Below, piece after piece: positions 9,570-19,745 of a stretch of 64,000 bases of DNA. Origin of the DNA: an uncultured delta proteobacterium (GTDB taxonomy: Bacteria; Myxococcota_A; Polyangia; Polyangiales; Polyangiaceae); the NCBI GenBank assembly GCA_963850305.1, contig CAWKKR010000007.1:576001-640000 (forward strand), in the 5' to 3' direction. The translations under genes and the position numbers were made by a program. Numbering within the stretch: the stretch's first letter is position 1; every line of letters starts with the position of its first letter. A model generated the notes under the pieces. The model worked only from the letters and a program-made list of their open reading frames with translations. It did no database searches and was not told where the DNA came from.

Positions 9570-10824
9570 CAAGAAATAGCTCCTTTGCCCGGTACAGCGC
9601 TGCGGCAAGACAGTCGACGTCGTCGCGGGCCGAGTACATGCCAAACGAAGCTCGCGCCGTCGCGGGGACACCGAATCGTGCCATCAACGGTTGGGTGCAG
9701 TGGTGGCCCGTCCGGATTGCAACGCCCTCGGCGTCCAGCAGCGTTCCCAGATCGTGCGGGTGAATCCCCTCCATGACGAAGGATATGACCGAGACCTTGC
9801 GTGAGGAGCTACCGATCAGACGAAGACCCGGGATCTGGGAAAGCTTTTGCGTCGCGTACTCGAGAACTTCGTCTTCGTGCGCGCCGAGTCCGATCCGGTC
9901 GAGGCCAGTCACATAGTCGATCGCCGCGCCCAGGCCGATCGCCCCGGTGATGTCCGGTGTTCCGGCTTCGAAGCGTTCCGGCAGCCCCTTGTACGTCGTT
10001 TTCTCAAACGACACGCTCCGGATCATCGAACCGCCGCCTTGCCACGGGGGGAGTCGCTCGAAGAGAGCCTTCCGGCCATAGAGCACGCCGATTCCGGTCG
10101 GTCCGTAGAGTTTATGGCCGCTCAGCGCGTAGAAGTCCGCGCCCAGGTCCTGGACGTCTACGGGGAGGTGAGCGACGGCTTGCGCGCCATCGACGACCAC
10201 GACGGCTCCGCGCTCATGTGCGAGGAGAACGATCTCCTTGATCGGCAGCACCGTCCCGAGCGTGTTCGAGACATGCGCGACCGCGACGATCCGTGTCCGT
10301 TCGGAAAGTTTCGCGCGGATCGCATCGAGCGGAACTTCTCCGCGATCCGTCACTTCGGCGACGACGAGGCGCGCTCCCTTTTCCGCGCAGATCATCTGCC
10401 ACGGAACGATGTTCGAATGGTGCTCGAGCCTGGTGACGAGCACTTCATCCCCCGGGCCGAGTTCTGCGCGTCCGAGCGTCTGCGCCACCAGATTGAGCGC
10501 TTCCGTCGTTCCCCGGACGAACACGATCTCGGCCGCCTCGCGCGCGTTCAAGAACGCCCGGACCTTTTCTCGGGCGGCTTCGAATGCCAGCGTCGCGCGC
10601 TGGGACAGCTCGTGAACACCCCGATGCACATTTGCAGAATCGAGGGACATCGAGCGCGTCACCGCGTCGATGACCGCTCGTGGTTTGAGCGCCGACGCGG
10701 CACTATCGAGATAAACCAGGCGTTTCCCGTGGATCTTCTGCGCGAGGGCAGGGAACTCCCTTCTCGTCGACGTCACGTCGAACACGGGTGCACGTAATGT
10801 TTCGGACTCGAGTGCCAGGGTCAT
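9569..10824 (-). CDS. sufS: Cysteine desulfurase (stop apparently lost through a 1-nt deletion)
   Basis: YLDSAAS, SGHKLYGPTG, RTGHHC; adding one T in TTT(T)CT TGA TG restores a stop overlapping the sufU start. Confidence 0.93.
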
Positions 10825-12143
10825 GCGAGCTCTCTCGCGGCGTCTCCGCCCGGCACGCGAGCCGCGATCGCGCTTTCCACCTGCTCGCGCAACGCCGGGT
10901 CCGGAAGCGACGCGGCCATCTCCCGCGCGAATGCGTACGTGAGGAGAGCGCGAGCAACCGTCGCGTCCATTCCGCGCGACCGGAGATAGAAAAGCTGGGC
11001 CGGGTCGAGCTTCCCGACCGTTGCGCCGTGGCTGCACTTCACGTCATCGGTATCGATTTCGAGATGCGGCTTCGTGTGGATGATGCAATCGTTCGAAAGA
11101 CAGAGATTACGGTTTTCTTGATGCGCGACGGTCCCATCCGCCCCCCGGCGGACGAACACGGTGCCATCGAACACGGCCACGGCGGTTCCGTCGAGGATCC
11201 CCTTGTAGCGCTCTCGACTGGAACAATGCGGCTCGGCATGGTCGATGACGGTGTGATGGTCCACGAGTTCGCCGCCGCGGGCGAGGTAGAGTCCGTCCAG
11301 CGTGCATTCGGCGCCCGGGCCCTCGAGTTTGACGCGGATGTCCACTCGCGCGAGCGCCCCGCCGAATGTGAACACTCGGGAGTGATATCGACTATTGCGT
11401 TCTTGACGCACGGATATAGTCCCGACCGCTCCGGCGTGCGGGGCGCCATGGTGCACACGAACGTGTTCGACTCTGGAATTCTCCCCGAGGGCGAGCTCCG
11501 TCACGGAATTCTCGAAATGCGCGGCGCCATCGACGCTCTCGTGTGATTCCGTGAGAACGAGTTCGCTGTCGGGCTCCCCAATCACGAGCACTCGCGGGGT
11601 CGACAGGGTCGGACCGGACGCGGGTACGGCAAGGTGCACCAGCCGAACCGTCGTCCGGGTGCCGCGTCGAGCGACGATGACGATCCCGTCCTCGAACAGT
11701 GCCGCGTTTTGCGCGATGAACCCATTCTCGAGCGACACGATCCGGCCGAGGTGTTCCGACACGCGTTCTGGCTCCGAACTCGAGGTATCCCTGAGCGTCC
11801 GTACCCCGAGATTCGTCGCTGCGGAGTCGCCGAGGTCGGGCGAGCCGTTCACGAGCACGATACCGTCGCGTCGGGTCGACACCGGAGGCACGTCACCGGG
11901 GAGCGGGAGCCAGTAGGGGGTTCGGGTGATGGCGCGTACCGGAGTGAATCGCCACGCCTCGTCCGCTGCCGTCGGGAAACCGGTAGCTTCGAGAAACGCG
12001 ATCGCCGCGGAGCGGTCCACGTCGCCAGGAGCGGCTCCCAGCGGCGCTCGGCTCCGTGCCTCACGAAGCGATGCCGCAAGAAGATCGGTTGCCTCCGTCC
12101 CCGTGGGCCGTTCCGCCGCCGAGATCGCTGCGGCTTCACTCAT
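10821..12143 (-). CDS. sufD: Fe-S assembly protein SufD
   Basis: EAWRFT, KPHLEIDTDDVKCSHGAT, LFYLRSRG. Confidence 0.95.
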   Translation of the reverse strand: MSEAAAISAAERPTGTEATDLLAASLREARSRAPLGAAPGDVDRSAAIAFLEATGFPTAADEAWRFTPVRAITRTPYWLPLPGDVPPVSTRRDGIVLVNGSPDLGDSAATNLGVRTLRDTSSSEPERVSEHLGRIVSLENGFIAQNAALFEDGIVIVARRGTRTTVRLVHLAVPASGPTLSTPRVLVIGEPDSELVLTESHESVDGAAHFENSVTELALGENSRVEHVRVHHGAPHAGAVGTISVRQERNSRYHSRVFTFGGALARVDIRVKLEGPGAECTLDGLYLARGGELVDHHTVIDHAEPHCSSRERYKGILDGTAVAVFDGTVFVRRGADGTVAHQENRNLCLSNDCIIHTKPHLEIDTDDVKCSHGATVGKLDPAQLFYLRSRGMDATVARALLTYAFAREMAASLPDPALREQVESAIAARVPGGDAARELA

Positions 12144-12924
12144 GATGCCGCCGCTCCTGAGGCGCGAGGGATTCGCGCTCGAAGCGCGCGTAGCCCTCGT
12201 CCTCCAGCACGCGGGCGAGCGCCGCCTCCCCCGAGCGCACGATAGTTCCGCCCAGGAAAACATGGACCACGTCGGGCACGATGTATTCGAGAAGTCGTTG
12301 ATAATGCGTGATCACCAGCATGGCGCGTTCCGGGCTTCGGAGGGCGTTCACACCGGAGGCGACCACGCGGAGGGCGTCGATATCGAGACCAGAATCCGTT
12401 TCGTCCAGGACAGAGAGCTTTGGTTCCATCATGGCCATCTGGAACACTTCATTGCGTTTCTTCTCGCCGCCCGAGAATCCGGAGTTCACCGGTCGGAGCG
12501 CGAGGGCTTCGTCGAGTTCCAGGAGTTTCATTTTTTCGCGCGAGGCCTTCATGAAATCCATCGCGTCGAATTCGGGCTGTCCGCGGTGCCTTCGGATCGC
12601 ATTCACTCCGGCCTTGAGAAAGTAGAGATTCGACACCCCGGGGATCTCGACCGGGTACTGGAAGGCGAGAAACACCCCCTCGCGCGCCCGCTCCTCGGGA
12701 GGCAACGCGAGCAGATCTTTCCCCGCGTACGTGACGTGCCCCTGGGTTACCTCGTAGCCTTCTCGACCGGCAAGGACATTTGCGAGAGTGCTCTTTCCCG
12801 ACCCGTTCGGACCCATGATGGCGTGAACTTCCCCGGCTTTCACGACGAGATTCAGGCCGCGCAGGATTTCCTTCCCGGCGACCGCAACGTGCAAATTCTG
12901 GACGACCAACAAGGGCGTGGTCAT
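12136..12924 (-). CDS. sufC: Fe-S assembly ATPase SufC
   Basis: [32 protein letters not shown]. Confidence 0.97.
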   Translation of the reverse strand: MTTPLLVVQNLHVAVAGKEILRGLNLVVKAGEVHAIMGPNGSGKSTLANVLAGREGYEVTQGHVTYAGKDLLALPPEERAREGVFLAFQYPVEIPGVSNLYFLKAGVNAIRRHRGQPEFDAMDFMKASREKMKLLELDEALALRPVNSGFSGGEKKRNEVFQMAMMEPKLSVLDETDSGLDIDALRVVASGVNALRSPERAMLVITHYQRLLEYIVPDVVHVFLGGTIVRSGEAALARVLEDEGYARFERESLAPQERRHHE

Positions 12925-14369
12925 CCGACCGCCCCCTCGAGGCTGACGCCCAGCAGCTTCTGGGCTTCGACTGCGAATTCCATGGGGAGCTCCTTCAACA
13001 CCTCCTTGCAGAAACCGTTCACGATGAGCGAGATGGCGTCCTCCTGCGAAAGGCCGCGCTGGCGGCAGTAAAAAAGCTGGTCGTCACTGATGCGCGACGT
13101 GGTGGCTTCATGTTCGACCGTGCTCGAGGCGTTGCGCACGTCGATGTACGGAACCGTGTGTGCACCGCACGCGCTTCCAAGCAGCAACGAGTCGCACTGC
13201 GTGTAGTTGCGCGCATTCGCCGCGTTCTTCCCGACCCGGACGAGACCCCGGTACGTGTTCTGTCCGTGCCCCGCGCTGATGCCCTTGGAGATGATCGTGC
13301 TCCTCGTGTCCTTACCAAGATGGATCATCTTCGTGCCGGTGTCGGCCTGCTGGCGATTGTTCGTCAGGGCGACGGAATAAAATTCACCCACGGATTCATC
13401 TCCGGCGAGAATGCAGCTCGGATACTTCCACGTGATCGCGGATCCGGTCTCGACCTGGGTCCACGAGATCTTCGATCTGACGCCCGCGCACTTACCTCGC
13501 TTGGTGACGAAATTGAAAATACCGCCCTTGCCCTCCGCGTCACCGGGATACCAATTTTGCACGGTGGAGTATTTGATCTCCGCGCGATCGAGCGCGACCA
13601 GCTCCACTACCGCCGCATGCAGCTGGTTCTCGTCGCGCATCGGGGCCGTGCATCCTTCGAGGTAGCTGACGTGGCTGCCCGCATCAGCGACGATGAGCGT
13701 CCGCTCGAACTGGCCTGTCTTTGCCGCGTTGATCCGGAAATAGGTGGACAGCTCCATCGGGCACCGCACACCTTCGGGGACATAGACGAACGACCCGTCG
13801 GTGAAGACCGCGGAATTGAGGGTCGCGAAGAAGTTGTCCGTGATGGGTACCACGGAGCCCAGGTACTGACGGACGAGCTCGGGGTGCTCCCGGACGGCCT
13901 CCGAGAACGAGCAGAAGATGACCCCCATGCTCGCCAGTTTCTCCTTGAAGGTCGTCGCGACCGAAACGCTGTCGAACACGGCGTCCACTGCGATCCCCGC
14001 GAGCGCTGCTCGCTCGTGGAGTGGGATGCCGAGCTTTTCGTACGTACGAAGGAGCTCGGGGTCGACGTCCTCGAGACTCTTTGGTGCGTTCGTCGTTTTC
14101 GGCGCGGAGTAATAGACGATCGCCTGGTAGTCGATCTTCGGGTACCTCACCTTCGCCCATCTTGGCTCGCGATCATCTAGCTTGAGCCAGTGACGGTACG
14201 CCTTCAGGCGGAAGTCCAGGAGCCACTCGGGTTCGCCCTTCTTGGCGGAGATGTGCCGGATGACACCTTCGTTCAGGCCGGCAGGTACCGTGTCCTGTTC
14301 GATGTCGGTGCTCCAACCGGCGCTGTATTCGCGGCGGAGAAGCTCGGTAACGTCTGGAGAGGTGGTCAT
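12921..14369 (-). CDS. sufB: Fe-S assembly protein SufB
   Basis: [35 protein letters not shown]. Confidence 0.97.
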   Translation of the reverse strand: MTTSPDVTELLRREYSAGWSTDIEQDTVPAGLNEGVIRHISAKKGEPEWLLDFRLKAYRHWLKLDDREPRWAKVRYPKIDYQAIVYYSAPKTTNAPKSLEDVDPELLRTYEKLGIPLHERAALAGIAVDAVFDSVSVATTFKEKLASMGVIFCSFSEAVREHPELVRQYLGSVVPITDNFFATLNSAVFTDGSFVYVPEGVRCPMELSTYFRINAAKTGQFERTLIVADAGSHVSYLEGCTAPMRDENQLHAAVVELVALDRAEIKYSTVQNWYPGDAEGKGGIFNFVTKRGKCAGVRSKISWTQVETGSAITWKYPSCILAGDESVGEFYSVALTNNRQQADTGTKMIHLGKDTRSTIISKGISAGHGQNTYRGLVRVGKNAANARNYTQCDSLLLGSACGAHTVPYIDVRNASSTVEHEATTSRISDDQLFYCRQRGLSQEDAISLIVNGFCKEVLKELPMEFAVEAQKLLGVSLEGAVG

Positions 14370-14438
14370 GGATCTTTCTGCGATGAGCCCGCCGATGGAA
14401 CCGCGGGCTACCTCAAAGGGGATGATGCGGGCGTTCCC

Positions 14439-14888
14439 TCACGCTTCAGCGACGATCCGGCGCAGGGGTATCAGAATCGGCAAGTGGGGTCGCACCATGT
14501 CGGCGAGAGTGATCCCGCGGAGGGCCTGTCGGATGGCGTCATTGATGCGGATCCAGTTGCGCTCGGTCGGACAACCACCCTCGAGGCCGCAACAGCTCCT
14601 GCCGGTGTCGCTGCATTCCGTGACGGCGATGGGTCCTTCGACGGCGTCGACGATTTCGGCCACACTGATTGCTTCCGCCGGTCTCGCCAATCGGTAGCCG
14701 CCGTTCTTTCCACGCTCCGATTCCACGAGCCCCGCCCGCGCCAAAACTTTGAGAACCTTGCTCACCGTTGGTTGCGGGATACGCGTGCTGACCGCGACGT
14801 CGCGAGCAGCGTGGGCCTCTCCGTCGGTCTCCACCATGTCGGAGAGAACCAGCACCGCATAGTCCGTTAGTTTAGTAATGCGTAGCAT
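14439..14888 (-). CDS. Rrf2-family SUF operon regulator
   Basis: MLRITKLTDYA, RGKNGGYRLA, Cys cluster (EC...CC....CP); first gene of the suf operon. Confidence 0.92.
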   Translation of the reverse strand: MLRITKLTDYAVLVLSDMVETDGEAHAARDVAVSTRIPQPTVSKVLKVLARAGLVESERGKNGGYRLARPAEAISVAEIVDAVEGPIAVTECSDTGRSCCGLEGGCPTERNWIRINDAIRQALRGITLADMVRPHLPILIPLRRIVAEA

Positions 14889-14907
14889 TATCAGCCACTT
14901 ATGATTC

Positions 14908-14958
14908 AGTACTGAGCCAGTACTAATTGCAGTATAGGCGGGCGTATTCGGCTGTCAA
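14908..14958 (-). promoter_or_regulatory. sigma70 promoter of the suf operon with overlapping palindromic operator
   Basis: Minus strand TTGACA (14958-14953)-N16-TATACT (14936-14931); inverted repeat AGTACTG-N3-CAGTACT at 14908-14924. Confidence 0.75.
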
Positions 14959-14986
14959 CGGCGGAACGCCGTAGCATCCTCCGGCG

Positions 14987-15601
14987 ATGAACCCAAGCAG
15001 CGACCGATTCCTTCTCGCGATCGGAGCCTTCGATGCGGAGAACGCCCGCGATCCGACGACGGTGCCCGATGGCGGCCGGCTGCGCCCGCTGGCGCTGGTG
15101 CAGGCCGAGCGGCTTGCTGGCTGGGTCGTCAGACTGGTGCCGAATGCGTCCGAGCCCCTGCGGCTGGCCGCACGGTGTCAGCACATCAGGCGATGGGAAA
15201 TCCCTCGTTCATCGTTTCCCGAGGGGCGCATCGGCTACCTCGAATGGCGTAAACGGTTGTCCCGGTTCCACGCCGATGCGGCATCGGAGATCCTGCGAGC
15301 CACGGGCTATGCGGAAGACGTCGTGGCGCACGTTTCCGCGATCAACCAGAAGAAATCGCTGAAAGTGGATGCCGACGTGCAGGCCATGGAGGATGCGCTG
15401 TGCCTCTCGTTCCTCGAGTTCGAAATCGACGCCTTTGCCGCGAGGCATCCATCGGAAAAGGTCATCGATATCCTCCGGAAAACGTGGCGCAAGATGAGCG
15501 CTCACGGGCAAGACGAGGCGCTACGCTTATCCTTCTCGGATTCCGTGAAGGCTCTCGTGTCGTCAGCCATCGTCCCGTCGGGAGAGCTCGATCAACGGTA
15601 G
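14987..15601 (+). CDS. DUF4202 family protein
   Basis: AARCQHIRRWEIPRSSFPEGRIGYLEWR, EDALCL.FL, KTWRKMS. Confidence 0.85.
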   Translation: MNPSSDRFLLAIGAFDAENARDPTTVPDGGRLRPLALVQAERLAGWVVRLVPNASEPLRLAARCQHIRRWEIPRSSFPEGRIGYLEWRKRLSRFHADAASEILRATGYAEDVVAHVSAINQKKSLKVDADVQAMEDALCLSFLEFEIDAFAARHPSEKVIDILRKTWRKMSAHGQDEALRLSFSDSVKALVSSAIVPSGELDQR

Positions 15602-17004
15602 TCGACCGGGTCGAGCTTGTAGCGCCTCAGCCAGCGTTGAACCTGGTTTCGTGCCTTGCCGGTTGCCCGTGCCACTGCGCTCACGTTGCCACGGTGCTCA
15701 TGCAGGAGTTCCACGATGGTCGCCCGGTGTTCCTGCTGTTCGGGCGACAGCGGGCGATCCTGGCCAGCGGCCGCGGCGTCCTCGCCATCGGCACCGATGT
15801 CGACTGGACCGGGAAAGTGCTCGCGCCTGATGGGCGAGTCGCCTGCGAGCGCCGACCCCGTCATGAGCCAGTTCTCGAGCTCGCGAATGTTGAGCGGGAA
15901 CCTGTAAGCGAAGAGAGCTCGGGCTGCCTCGATACTCAGCGTAACGTTACCCGAGCGGCTTCCGGCGACTCGCGCCAGCAACGAGCCGATGAGGAGCCCG
16001 AGATCCTGCTTTCTTTCGCGCAGCGGGGGAAGATTGAGTCGAAATCCGGCGATCCTTCCGAAGAGGTCTTCTCGAAACTTGCCTTCGCGGACGAGCGCTT
16101 CGAGATTTCGGTTCGTTGCCGATACCAATCGCATGTCCACCGAGATGGCGTCCGTGCCCCCGACGGGTCTGACCCGCTTCTCCTGGAGCACCCGCAAAAA
16201 GGCTGCCTGCGACGGGAGCGGCAGATCCCCGATTTCGTCCAGGAACAGGGTGCCTCGATCCGCCGAGCGAACCAGGCCGATCCGATCGGCAACGGAGCCG
16301 GAGAAGGCCCCTCGCGTGCTGCCGAAGAGCTCGCTTTCGAGCAACGCTTGCGGGATCGCCGACGAATTCACGCCGACGAATTTGCCGGTTCGGCCGGAGA
16401 CGGCGTGCAGCGCCTGCGCGAGGACTTCCTTGCCCGTCCCGGTCTCACCGAGGACGAGCACGGAGAGCCCCGTCGACGCCAGCCGGGACAGCTTCTCGAA
16501 GTCGGCCGCGAGCGCCGGCATGAGCGTACCCAGCCCCGACGAGGGCACCCCGGCCACCGCGGCATCGAGATCGTCCGGCCCCTCACCGTGGGGCGCCTCT
16601 TCATACATGAACAAGGTATGTCCGAGTTCCAGCAGATCGCCGTGCGACAGAGCGTGTTCGTGCACGACCGAGTCGTTGACGCGGACGCCGTTTTTCGACC
16701 CAGCATCGATGATCTTCCAGCGGCCCAGCGCGCCTTCGAGTCGGGCGTGAGTCTGTGACATGCGGGCGTCAGGAATCCGCACCTCGAGCTGCGTCCCACG
16801 ATAATCGCCCGACCGACTTGCGGTCCGGATCACTCCGCGGCCGAGGATGGCCCGCCCGCCGGACCCCAGGCGGTGTCGCGTCGAAAGCGAAAGCGGACGA
16901 TCGCACTCGAGAAGAACGAGTAGATGCGGCTCGCGCTGGGCCGTAGGCCGTGCCGACGGCCCTGGTGTTTCGACGTCGAGCGTTCGGTCGAAGGACTCGC
17001 CCAT
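15592..17004 (-). CDS. FHA-domain sigma54 enhancer-binding protein
   Basis: FHA (GRG..MSQTHA..GSKNG), GETGTGKE, ESELFG..GAFSGS, FLDEIGD, Fis-type HTH. Confidence 0.92.
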   Translation of the reverse strand: MGESFDRTLDVETPGPSARPTAQREPHLLVLLECDRPLSLSTRHRLGSGGRAILGRGVIRTASRSGDYRGTQLEVRIPDARMSQTHARLEGALGRWKIIDAGSKNGVRVNDSVVHEHALSHGDLLELGHTLFMYEEAPHGEGPDDLDAAVAGVPSSGLGTLMPALAADFEKLSRLASTGLSVLVLGETGTGKEVLAQALHAVSGRTGKFVGVNSSAIPQALLESELFGSTRGAFSGSVADRIGLVRSADRGTLFLDEIGDLPLPSQAAFLRVLQEKRVRPVGGTDAISVDMRLVSATNRNLEALVREGKFREDLFGRIAGFRLNLPPLRERKQDLGLLIGSLLARVAGSRSGNVTLSIEAARALFAYRFPLNIRELENWLMTGSALAGDSPIRREHFPGPVDIGADGEDAAAAGQDRPLSPEQQEHRATIVELLHEHRGNVSAVARATGKARNQVQRWLRRYKLDPVDYR

Positions 17005-17135
17005 GCTGCCCGATTTCCGCGCTTTCCCGATGCAGGCGCTACGCGTGTCACTGGTACCGGTGCCACATGTGGCGCCTGAGGGCGAGCCTAGGCCCGGGAG
17101 CCGCCTCGCCGCAACAAGAGTCGAGGTCTCCCTCA

Positions 17136-17151
17136 TGGCACGCACACTGCA
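17136..17151 (+). promoter_or_regulatory. sigma54 (-24/-12) promoter upstream of the ECF sigma gene
   Basis: TGGCACG-CACA-CTGCA with exact GG-N10-GC spacing; divergent from a sigma54 activator. Confidence 0.7.
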
Positions 17152-17163
17152 ACGCGGCGCTTC

Positions 17164-17715
17164 ATGGTTCCCAAAGCAGCGGATGCGCTTACGCTCGAAG
17201 AGCTCATGGATCTGTACGTCGACGGCAGTGACGCGGCGTTCAGTGCGCTATATCGACGCATGGTGCCGAGGCTGACGGGGTACCTTCATCGAATCTGTCG
17301 TGATTCCTCCGCCGTGGAGGACGCGCTCCAGACGACGTTCATCAAGGTTCATCGGGCGCGCCAGACCTACGTCCAGGGCGCGCCCCTGGCGCCGTGGATC
17401 CTCGTGATCGCTCGACGTGCTCTTTACGACGAGCTTCGCGCCGCCCGGGCCCGGGGCGAGGTGCTCAGCGACACCGGGATTCTGCCCGACACTGCGCTCG
17501 ATGACCGTGGCGCCCTCGATGAGGCACGATACCTCGAACGCGCGCTCTCCGCGCTGCCTGGACCCTATCGCGAAGCCATCGAGCTTACCAAGCTTCAGGG
17601 CCTGTCGGGTGACGAAGCAGCAAGGAAGCTTTCTACCACGCAGAGTGCGATCAAGCTCCGAGTCCACCGCGGCTATCAGATGCTGCGCCGGAGTCTTCTC
17701 TCGGAAGCAGCCTGA
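17164..17715 (+). CDS. ECF sigma factor
   Basis: Region 2 (EDALQTTFIKV..PWILVIARR) and region 4 (LP..YREA..AIKLRVHRG). Confidence 0.9.
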   Translation: MVPKAADALTLEELMDLYVDGSDAAFSALYRRMVPRLTGYLHRICRDSSAVEDALQTTFIKVHRARQTYVQGAPLAPWILVIARRALYDELRAARARGEVLSDTGILPDTALDDRGALDEARYLERALSALPGPYREAIELTKLQGLSGDEAARKLSTTQSAIKLRVHRGYQMLRRSLLSEAA

Positions 17716-17775
17716 AGGTAGTCGACCGGCGGGACCGGGTGCTACCCTCCCGGGGCGATCTGGAGCCCAACAAGG

Positions 17776-19506
17776 GTGAGCGAACCGGATGACGACCCGC
17801 TGATCGGTGTGATGATTGCCGATCGCTATCGAATCGAGAAACGCCTCGGGCAGGGCGGCATGGGAGCGGTGTACCTTGCCGAGCATGTGAGGATGCACAA
17901 GCCGTTCGCGGTCAAGGTGCTTCACAAGGAGATGGGGCGGCTCTCGGAAGCAGTGTTCCGCTTCGAACGAGAGGCGGTCGCGGCAGGGCGGGTCGACCAC
18001 GAACACCTCGTGACCGCGACGGACTTCGGGCAGCTTCCCGACGACTCGATGTATCTCGTGCTCGAGTACGTCCCCGGCCAGAACCTCGGGACACTGCTGG
18101 CGGAGGGCGCCCTTCCGACGATCCGCGCACTGAAGATTGCTCGGCAGATTGCTGCGGCCCTCGAGGCCATTCACGCGGTGGGGATCATTCACCGCGACGT
18201 GAAGCCGGACAACGTCATGCTCGTCGAGCGACCCGGCGGCGAGGATTTCGTCAAGCTCCTCGACTTCGGCATGGCGAAGGTGCACCTCGACGCTCCGCGC
18301 GAGGAGGTCCAGGTGACGCGTACGGGGCTCGTTTTCGGTACGCCTCGGTACATGGCGCCCGAACAAGCTGCCGGCGAACCGACGGACCATCGTGCCGATC
18401 TCTATTCGCTCGGCGTGCTTCTCTACGCGATGCTTTCGGGGGCTCCGCCGTTCAGTGCGGACGAGATACGCGACGTGCTTCGGATGCAACGATTCGAGCC
18501 GCCGCCGCCCTTGCCGGCGTCGATCGACCCCAGCGTTGCGGCCCTCGTGATGACGCTGCTGGCGAAGGATCCGAACGAGCGGGTGCAAACCGCGACAGGG
18601 GTGATCGACTACATCGATCGTCTTTCGTCGCAGCTCGTGGCGCCTTCGCCGAGTGGCCCCGCGCGCCTGGCGCGATTCTTCAGAACGCCGGCTGGTTTCG
18701 GCGTGGCGCTGGGTGCCGCCAGTGCGGCGTTCGTGCTCGCATTCGTCGCAGGTCATGCGGGTTCGCACCGGCGACCGGCCCCTGTTCGTGTCGTCGCGGC
18801 GGTCCCCGCGCCAGCGCCGAGCGTCAGTCGTCTGGCGGAGTCCACGCTCGACGCTCTGCTCGTCCGCGCCGAGGTCGGTGATGTGGCGGCGTTTCACGAA
18901 TTGGAGGCGCGACCGGACGCCGGTCGAAGCGCGCGTGAGTGGTTCGTGCTGGGCGAAGCCCGGACCACCCACGGAGAAGTCTCTCGAGGGCTCGACGCCT
19001 ACCTGCACGCAGCGGAATCCGACGAGAGGTACGCCAGCCATCCCCGAATCCTGCGGGACCTTCTCTCCGCCGCGCACTCCGAGGCGTGGGAGGAGGCTCT
19101 GCGCGTGGCGGCGGCTCTGCCCGGACCCGCAGGTGCGGACATTCTCTTCGACGTCTGGTCGTCGAATCCGAAGACGACGACGGCGACCGAGCGCGCTCGC
19201 GACCTGCTCGTGACGGACGCTGCTAGGGCGCGGGAGTCGGAAGCCGTGCGGGTCGCCTTCGACCTGAGGAGCGTGCAGGGTCAGGGATGCGAGGTGAGGC
19301 GCCCGATCGTCGCCCGCGCCGTTCAGTTCTCGGACACGCGGTCCCTCCGCCCGCTGATCATTCTCGCGTCGCGGTCCGGCTGCGGCAAACGGAAGAAGGA
19401 CGACTGCTTCGCGTGCCTCAGAGATGATGACACGCTGGTCCGGGCCATCGAACACTCGAAGAACACGGCCGCGCCGGACTACGCTCGCGTCATCGCCGCG
19501 CCTTGA
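17776..19506 (+). CDS. Transmembrane Hanks-type Ser/Thr kinase
   Basis: LGQGGMG, HRDVKPDN, DFG, GTPRYMAPE; TM helix; C-terminal GCG...DC..CLR. Confidence 0.93.
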   Translation: MSEPDDDPLIGVMIADRYRIEKRLGQGGMGAVYLAEHVRMHKPFAVKVLHKEMGRLSEAVFRFEREAVAAGRVDHEHLVTATDFGQLPDDSMYLVLEYVPGQNLGTLLAEGALPTIRALKIARQIAAALEAIHAVGIIHRDVKPDNVMLVERPGGEDFVKLLDFGMAKVHLDAPREEVQVTRTGLVFGTPRYMAPEQAAGEPTDHRADLYSLGVLLYAMLSGAPPFSADEIRDVLRMQRFEPPPPLPASIDPSVAALVMTLLAKDPNERVQTATGVIDYIDRLSSQLVAPSPSGPARLARFFRTPAGFGVALGAASAAFVLAFVAGHAGSHRRPAPVRVVAAVPAPAPSVSRLAESTLDALLVRAEVGDVAAFHELEARPDAGRSAREWFVLGEARTTHGEVSRGLDAYLHAAESDERYASHPRILRDLLSAAHSEAWEEALRVAAALPGPAGADILFDVWSSNPKTTTATERARDLLVTDAARARESEAVRVAFDLRSVQGQGCEVRRPIVARAVQFSDTRSLRPLIILASRSGCGKRKKDDCFACLRDDDTLVRAIEHSKNTAAPDYARVIAAP

Positions 19507-19558
19507 CGCCGCACGCCCCGCGGAACGCTTCGGTCGCGCTAGGCCGTCACGTGCGTTA

Positions 19559-19620
19559 CTTCACGCCCGCTACGAAGGCTTTCACGCGCGCCACGAAGGC
19601 CCTTCACGCGCGCTACGACC
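19559..19620. repeat. Three degenerate 21-22 bp tandem repeats
   Basis: cttcacgcccgctacgaaggc / tttcacgcgcgccacgaaggc / cttcacgcgcgctacgacc. Confidence 0.6.
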
Positions 19621-19745
19621 TCGTCGTCGCGGCGGACGACCTGCCTCACGTGCCGTACGAGCCCGCCGTCGCTTCACACGAACGCGCCCGTCGCGGCGGA
19701 CGTGACGGGGATCCTACGCCAGGAGCCGCGCGGCGGATGGGCCAC

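Noticed and set aside
9217..11037. 606-aa extended SufS or SufS-SufU fusion
   Set aside because: The extension is out of frame with sufU and unlike any protein; one missing T restores a normal stop
17248..19455. Long antisense ORFs (735 aa here; also 32144-34093, 26955-28526, 15400-16758)
   Set aside because: Shadow ORFs of high-GC genes with no recognisable motifs
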